Assembly (NCBI GenBank): GCA_963674705.1
Contig: OY771506.1
Location: 3,680,001-3,744,000, forward strand
Reading direction: 5' to 3'
DNA: 64,000 nucleotides
DNA from: Phycisphaeraceae bacterium
GTDB taxonomy: Bacteria; Planctomycetota; Phycisphaerae; Phycisphaerales; Phycisphaeraceae
Each line of letters opens with the position of its first letter. Within the stretch, counting starts at the first letter, position 1. Under the pieces are notes generated by a model that was not told where the DNA came from, did no database searches, and worked only from the letters and a program-made list of their open reading frames with translations. Shown here piece by piece: positions 58,921 to 64,000 of this stretch. Position numbers and translations under genes: made by a program.

Positions 58921-60162
58921 TTACAGCATGAACCCCGGGCAGGAGGCGCATGCGTTGTTCTTCGCTTCTTCTTCAGTTAGGCGTTTCTTGAAGCTGCGTC
59001 GCGACAGGCGGTATTGCTTGCCGTTCCAGATCTTGCCAAAACCCTGCTCAAATACATCGCCCAAGTCTTCGCCGGGATCGAACGAGCCGCAGCACGCCAC
59101 GACCTGCCCATCCCAGTTGATCACACTCTGACGCCACGGCCAGGGGCAGTTGAACGGCTTGCTGCCGTTGTAATCGCCTTGCTCAATCTCGCCGGTCTTA
59201 CGAATCTCGTTGTAGGGGCTCAGCACGTATTGCTGATCACTTGGCAACCAGTTCTCCACATGCTGCTTCACCTTCTTCTTGAGGATGTCATCAGCCAGCC
59301 CCAGTGGTTGCAACTTCTGATCCTGATCCTGGAAACGCACGTTCAGCGAAGCGGTCGAAAATACTGCCTTGCATCCCAACTCATCCGCGAGCTTCTGGAA
59401 AGCATCACGCTCATGCTCGTTGTACTTTGTCACAACAAAGTTCAACTGGATCGCAGGCGTGCTGCTGCCCATGCGGTCGCGCGTTTCAATGATGTGCCGG
59501 ATCTTCGCGACCGATTCATCGAATCGCTTACCCGGCTGATAAATCTCATACGTCTCCTGGCTCGCACCATGCAGCGAGCAGGTCAGCATATCCAGGCCCG
59601 ATTCAACCAGTTGCTCAGCCTGGCTCTTCTGGCCCGGCTTGGGATTGAGCTTGAAGGCATGCAGGTTCGAGCTGATATACGTCCAGATCCGTCTGTCGTG
59701 TGCGTGGCGGATCATCTTGTAGATATCCGGCACGATCAGTGGGTCGCCCCACATCGACAAGTCAAGATCACGCAGGTGCCACTTGAGCGAGTCGATCAGC
59801 GACTGCATCCTGGCAAGGTCCATCTTGCCCTTGGGCCGACCTTCCAGCCCGATGCCGGTGGGGCAGAGCTGACACTTGGTGTTGCAGATATTGGTTGGCT
59901 CGATCTTCATCGAATACGGCCGACCAATCACACGCTCGGTTTTCAAGGCAAACTGGATGTTAACCAGCGCCATGTTCCCGAGCTTGACGAACGTCAGGTA
60001 CCTGTGATTACGCCAGACGTGGAAAACACCGCGTGCGAAAAAGTCCACCAGGCCGATCAATCTGGCAACGACCGCGGGATACGTGCGCGATGCCTTCCAC
60101 CTGCCTGTCACTGCGACGGTTTGTGCGAGTGATCGTTCGACTTGTGTACTGATGGCTGTCAT
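58921..60162 (-). CDS. Radical SAM protein with SPASM/twitch domain
   Basis: CNTKCQLC; CPWPW...DG.V..CC...CASC. Confidence 0.92.
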   Translation of the reverse strand: MTAISTQVERSLAQTVAVTGRWKASRTYPAVVARLIGLVDFFARGVFHVWRNHRYLTFVKLGNMALVNIQFALKTERVIGRPYSMKIEPTNICNTKCQLCPTGIGLEGRPKGKMDLARMQSLIDSLKWHLRDLDLSMWGDPLIVPDIYKMIRHAHDRRIWTYISSNLHAFKLNPKPGQKSQAEQLVESGLDMLTCSLHGASQETYEIYQPGKRFDESVAKIRHIIETRDRMGSSTPAIQLNFVVTKYNEHERDAFQKLADELGCKAVFSTASLNVRFQDQDQKLQPLGLADDILKKKVKQHVENWLPSDQQYVLSPYNEIRKTGEIEQGDYNGSKPFNCPWPWRQSVINWDGQVVACCGSFDPGEDLGDVFEQGFGKIWNGKQYRLSRRSFKKRLTEEEAKNNACASCPGFML

Positions 60163-60183
60163 GGTTTGGTCAGATCATCCTTG

Positions 60184-61581
60184 TCAGCTAATGCTCGTTC
60201 TGGCACTGCTGCCGGGTAGTGCAGGGCGGCACCAATCGAATCCCGCACCGGAACTCCCTTCTTCTGTTGGCTCTTTAGCCTCTTCGCGACGCGTGCTCAG
60301 GTTGCTAAGGTATTGACGCATGACACTAGGCACAACACCCGCAATAACCAGCAGCAACCAAGGCGTCTCAAACATCTCCAGTGACAGGAATATCCCGTCA
60401 AAGATGAAGATCAACAGGCTTGCCTGTGCCGCCAGGCAGATGCGTGAGGCATGATTGATTGCTGGTTTGTCTTCATCATCGGCAGTTTTAATCGCATCGC
60501 GACACATCATCCGTGCTCGGCGATAATTCCACATCCCAAAAGCCAGCATGAATAGATACACCGAAGCGGCGGGGATACCCGTATCCGCAGCGATCTGCAG
60601 ATACTGATTATGGATCGTTCGGCCCATCTTATCGGCACCGTAATTATGCGTATATTGATTTGAATTACGGATGCCCTTGCCAAGCACCGGGTTTTCCCAT
60701 GCGATTAGCCAAGCGGCCTTCCAGGAATCAAACCGTGATTGTGCCGAAGCATCTGTTTTATAATCGGATGTCGATAGGAAGCGTTCGCGTATCTGCGGGC
60801 CGGCCATTACGGAGAGCACTACTACCAGGCATAACGCCGCTCCGACGGATTGCCAGCGGGGGCGGTGATGCACCAAGACCCAGATAATCCCGATCGCCGA
60901 GGCGAGCATGGCGCCACGTGAATACGTCATCATCACGGCATGCATCATGACCAGGCCAAGTGTGCCGGAAACAATGAGAGGCCACCAACGCCAGATTGTT
61001 TTTGTAGGCGTTAAAGCAAAACAATACGCAAACGGAATTCCCATCGCCAGCATCAACCCGGCGCCATTATTATCAAGGCCGCCGTAGCCGTAGTGGAAAA
61101 TGTTCAGACGACCGCCGCGGAAGAAGTAAAGGAAGTTAATCTCCCATGCGATGTAACCAAGCATGAGCAGAATCATCAGTGCCAGCAGTTTGATCTGCCA
61201 GAAGTGTTCGATAACGATGCTCGCTACGATCCCGATGATCAAGACCTTGGCGTACTCAATCGCCCAGCCCTGCGCGATCTGTGGATCAAACGCGGTGATC
61301 GTGCTGAACAACACCAGCAGGCCGTAAATCAGAATCAGGCACATCATGACGTTCAGCACGCTGCGCGTGATCAGCTTGCTCAGGTGTAACCAGAAGCTGA
61401 TCAGCGTGATGAGCGCGGCCATCAGCGACCAGCGGATGCTCCCGTCTAATGCCCATTCCCACAGATGCTGTGGCCTCAGCACCGCCAGCGAGTAGTACAG
61501 CAAAACACCCCAGAAGGGCGTTTGCAGCGCACCTACGGCCCCGAGAATAGTCATTATGGTTAACAGAAGTAGCTGCTTCAT
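60184..61581 (-). CDS. O-antigen ligase-like (Wzy_C) protein, putative protein O-glycosylation ligase
   Basis: DNN, TYSRGA, SR...W, P.LG.G, HN.YLQ..A.TG. Confidence 0.88.
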   Translation of the reverse strand: MKQLLLLTIMTILGAVGALQTPFWGVLLYYSLAVLRPQHLWEWALDGSIRWSLMAALITLISFWLHLSKLITRSVLNVMMCLILIYGLLVLFSTITAFDPQIAQGWAIEYAKVLIIGIVASIVIEHFWQIKLLALMILLMLGYIAWEINFLYFFRGGRLNIFHYGYGGLDNNGAGLMLAMGIPFAYCFALTPTKTIWRWWPLIVSGTLGLVMMHAVMMTYSRGAMLASAIGIIWVLVHHRPRWQSVGAALCLVVVLSVMAGPQIRERFLSTSDYKTDASAQSRFDSWKAAWLIAWENPVLGKGIRNSNQYTHNYGADKMGRTIHNQYLQIAADTGIPAASVYLFMLAFGMWNYRRARMMCRDAIKTADDEDKPAINHASRICLAAQASLLIFIFDGIFLSLEMFETPWLLLVIAGVVPSVMRQYLSNLSTRREEAKEPTEEGSSGAGFDWCRPALPGSSARTSIS

Positions 61582-61768
61582 GCCATTTCCCTCAACATCA
61601 CTCGAGTATTTTGCGATGTCACCGAGGGTAATAAACGGTAAGAGACCCGGGATCTTCATGTGGGTCACACTTTACGACTAGGCCGTGCTCGTTACCGTAA
61701 CAAGCAGGCTGCTTTCATTTCTCCACTCCAAGGATGAATCCTTTCATCCCCTCACGATATATATTGCT

Positions 61769-62596
61769 TTATGCTGCTTTATTGATTGGCTCAGTCTCTT
61801 TCAGTTGAGCTTTCGTTTCAGATTGTCGCCAGATCGGAATCGGTCCCTGTTCAACAGGCAATACCGTGCGGGCCACCGGCTGCTTCTGAGCCTTCTCTGT
61901 CAGGTTGTATTTAAGGATGCAGCGCAACGCGGATACCCCGTCTCGCCACGTTATCTTCTTGCCTTCTTCATACGTCCGGCCCGCATAACTCACGGGCACC
62001 TCGTACAATCGCGCACCCATCTTCGAGACCTTCGCGGTGATCTCCGGCTCGAGTCCGAACCTCGGCTCTGTGATCGTCAGTTGCTGCGCGACCTCACGGG
62101 TGAACACCTTGTAACAACACTCCATGTCCGTCAGGTTCAGGTTCGAGAGCATGTTGCTCATCAACGTCAGGACCTTGTTGGCAACAGAATGCCAGAAGTA
62201 CAACACGCGTCGACTATCTCCGATAAAACGCGAGCCGAAGACAGCATCGGCCTTGTTTTCGAGGATCGGCGTCAGCAGTTGCGGGTAGTCACGCGGGTCG
62301 TATTCGAGGTCGGCATCCTGGACAAGCACGATGTTGCCGGTCGCCATCTTCAAGCCGGTGCGGACGCCGCCGCCCTTGCCCTGGTTTTCTTCATGGAAGT
62401 GGATGATGTAATCCGGCCGCTGGCGTATCAGGCCACGGAGGATGTCACGCGTGCCGTCGGTCGATCCGTCATCCACGATAATGACCTGCTTTGTCAGGCC
62501 GCCCGGAAGCGAAACAGCATCAACACGCTCCAGCAGCTGCGGCAGCAGCACGCGCTCGTTGTATACCGGGATGATGATGCTCAATACACCGGGCAT
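61769..62596 (-). CDS. GT2 glycosyltransferase (DPM1-like)
   Basis: IIPVYNE, VDDGSTDGT, QDADLEYDP, TDMECCYK, GKKI.W.DG. Confidence 0.95.
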   Translation of the reverse strand: MPGVLSIIIPVYNERVLLPQLLERVDAVSLPGGLTKQVIIVDDGSTDGTRDILRGLIRQRPDYIIHFHEENQGKGGGVRTGLKMATGNIVLVQDADLEYDPRDYPQLLTPILENKADAVFGSRFIGDSRRVLYFWHSVANKVLTLMSNMLSNLNLTDMECCYKVFTREVAQQLTITEPRFGLEPEITAKVSKMGARLYEVPVSYAGRTYEEGKKITWRDGVSALRCILKYNLTEKAQKQPVARTVLPVEQGPIPIWRQSETKAQLKETEPINKAA

Positions 62597-62828
62597 GTTT
62601 GCCTCCAATCGGTCCGCCCCATCGGGAAGTTCAACACAACCTTTACAGTCGGCATAATCCGCACAGCTCTTAAGCAGCATACGACCGGTATCCCGGACCG
62701 ATAACCGCCTTATCTAAATAGCCGGGTCCTGCTAATCGTTGCAATCGATCCAGCCGATACGCTTGGAAGTCTTATTGGCTTTGCTGGCTGGGATACAAAC
62801 ACATCCAGCCCGCACAGGAACAGGTGTT

Positions 62829-63656
62829 ATGACTCAAGCCGAAACCCCCAGTTTGCGACTCGCCCCGGATTCGATCGCCGCGGATGTCTACGAAACAGAT
62901 TCTTCAACCGAAGTGATCGAGGATTCGCTGGACCTCATCGAAGACCTGGACGCATACAATAAATGGGTCTTCGAGCTGCTGAGCCCATACATTACTGGAC
63001 GCGTACTTGAAGTCGGCTGCGGCACCGGCAACATCACACAGTTCCTGGCAAGCAAAGCCGACGAGGTCGTGGGGATCGATCCTGTGGCCCGCTTCATCGA
63101 TAAGTTCAGGCTCCGCTTCCACGGCAACATTGCCGTCACATCACACCGCTGCACGTTAGCGGACCTTACACCCGCAACATCTGACGAAGGTCGCTTTGAT
63201 GCCGCGGTCAGTTGTAATGTCTTTGAACATATAGAAGATCATGTTGAAGCTTTACAACAAGTGGCTCAACACCTGAAGCCCGGCGGCAAAGCCGTCATCT
63301 TCGTCCCCGCCGGCCCGATCGCGTTCGGAAAACTCGATAGCGAACTCGGGCACTACCGCCGATACACCATCAACTCGCTGCGCCAGGCGATGGAAGATGC
63401 CGGCCTTGAATGGGTGGAAGGCCGCTACAGCAACATGATCGGCCTGTTCGGTTGGTGGTTCAACAGTGTCGTCTTGCGAAAGACAACCGTCCCCGGCGAC
63501 CAGGCGATCTGGTTCAACAAACTCGTCCCGGTCTTGCGAACCATCGAGCGTCTGCTGCCGATCCCGTTCGGCCAGAGCGTTGTCGGTGTCGCACGCAGGC
63601 CGCTGTCCATGGCAAACCTGGCAAGCAAGCCGGTCGAATACCGACGCGCTGCTTGA
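62829..63656 (+). CDS. Class I SAM-dependent methyltransferase
   Basis: LEVGCGTG, NVFEHIED, LKPGG, GHYRRY. Confidence 0.92.
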   Translation: MTQAETPSLRLAPDSIAADVYETDSSTEVIEDSLDLIEDLDAYNKWVFELLSPYITGRVLEVGCGTGNITQFLASKADEVVGIDPVARFIDKFRLRFHGNIAVTSHRCTLADLTPATSDEGRFDAAVSCNVFEHIEDHVEALQQVAQHLKPGGKAVIFVPAGPIAFGKLDSELGHYRRYTINSLRQAMEDAGLEWVEGRYSNMIGLFGWWFNSVVLRKTTVPGDQAIWFNKLVPVLRTIERLLPIPFGQSVVGVARRPLSMANLASKPVEYRRAA

Positions 63657-63671
63657 TCCGGTATATCAGCA

Positions 63672-64000
63672 ATGAAAAACTTAAGCACCAGACAATTCAT
63701 CATTGGGCTTGTGCTTGTCTTCGCCGTTGCCCTCACGGCACGCTTGGCGATGACGTATCAATTTGTAGGCTTTAGTGCGCCGCCCGATGCCAACGCCAAT
63801 TCCGATCAGCTTGATTACGAGGTGCTAGCCTTTCATCTGGTGACCGGCCAAGGCTACGCCATCACCCCCGGCAAGCCAACCGCCAGCCGGACGCCCGGTA
63901 CATCCATGACGCTCGCTCCGGTCTACGCCGTCTTTGGTCGATCCTTTGCGATGGGGCGCATCTGGTTCTGTTTATTGTCAGCAGGCACATGCCTATTGGC
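63672..64000 (+). CDS. ArnT/GT39-like membrane glycosyltransferase, truncated by the window end
   Basis: Manual translation MKNLSTRQFIIGLVLVFAVALTARLA...DQLDY..LA..L..G.GY....PTA.R.PG. Confidence 0.7.
   Translation, partial: MKNLSTRQFIIGLVLVFAVALTARLAMTYQFVGFSAPPDANANSDQLDYEVLAFHLVTGQGYAITPGKPTASRTPGTSMTLAPVYAVFGRSFAMGRIWFCLLSAGTCLL

Noticed and set aside
59014..62704. Long + strand ORFs 59014-60132 and 61685-62704
   Set aside because: They are antisense shadows of the clear radical SAM and GT2 genes, as expected in GC-rich DNA.

Overview
GC-rich bacterial chromosomal window, most consistent with a planctomycete (Phycisphaerae-like). The lineage call is an inference from a LEPRxLL-type leader, dockerin-like/PEP-CTERM proteins and CxxC-GY..CPECG membrane proteins. 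Housekeeping and transport genes: 3' part of a CcoI-type Cu P1B-ATPase plus ccoS, a MacAB-TolC-type ABC exporter, SprT-like protein, dnaX, ybaB, corA, MscS, nitrilase+GNAT pair, ABC-2 transporter, recA, a GGDEF cyclase and transketolase. Surface and glycan genes: a 2.3k-aa FG-GAP/Ig adhesin, four dockerin-PEP-CTERM proteins, a PEP-CTERM amidase and two glycosylation loci. Three transporters are fused to PTS EIIA domains. No rRNA, tRNA, CRISPR array, integrase or transposase was recognised. Most notable observations: (1) an A10G slippery run in dnaX with stops in both shifted frames (tau/gamma recoding candidate); (2) one dockerin-like tag shared by five exported proteins; (3) -AA/-SA C-termini on five glycan enzymes (possible ClpX degrons); (4) CCGAACA direct repeats over the recA promoter; (5) a cluster of EIIA-fused transporters; (6) many REP-like palindromes, two of them inserted in-frame into genes. 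All calls come from reading motifs by eye; no database searches were run.
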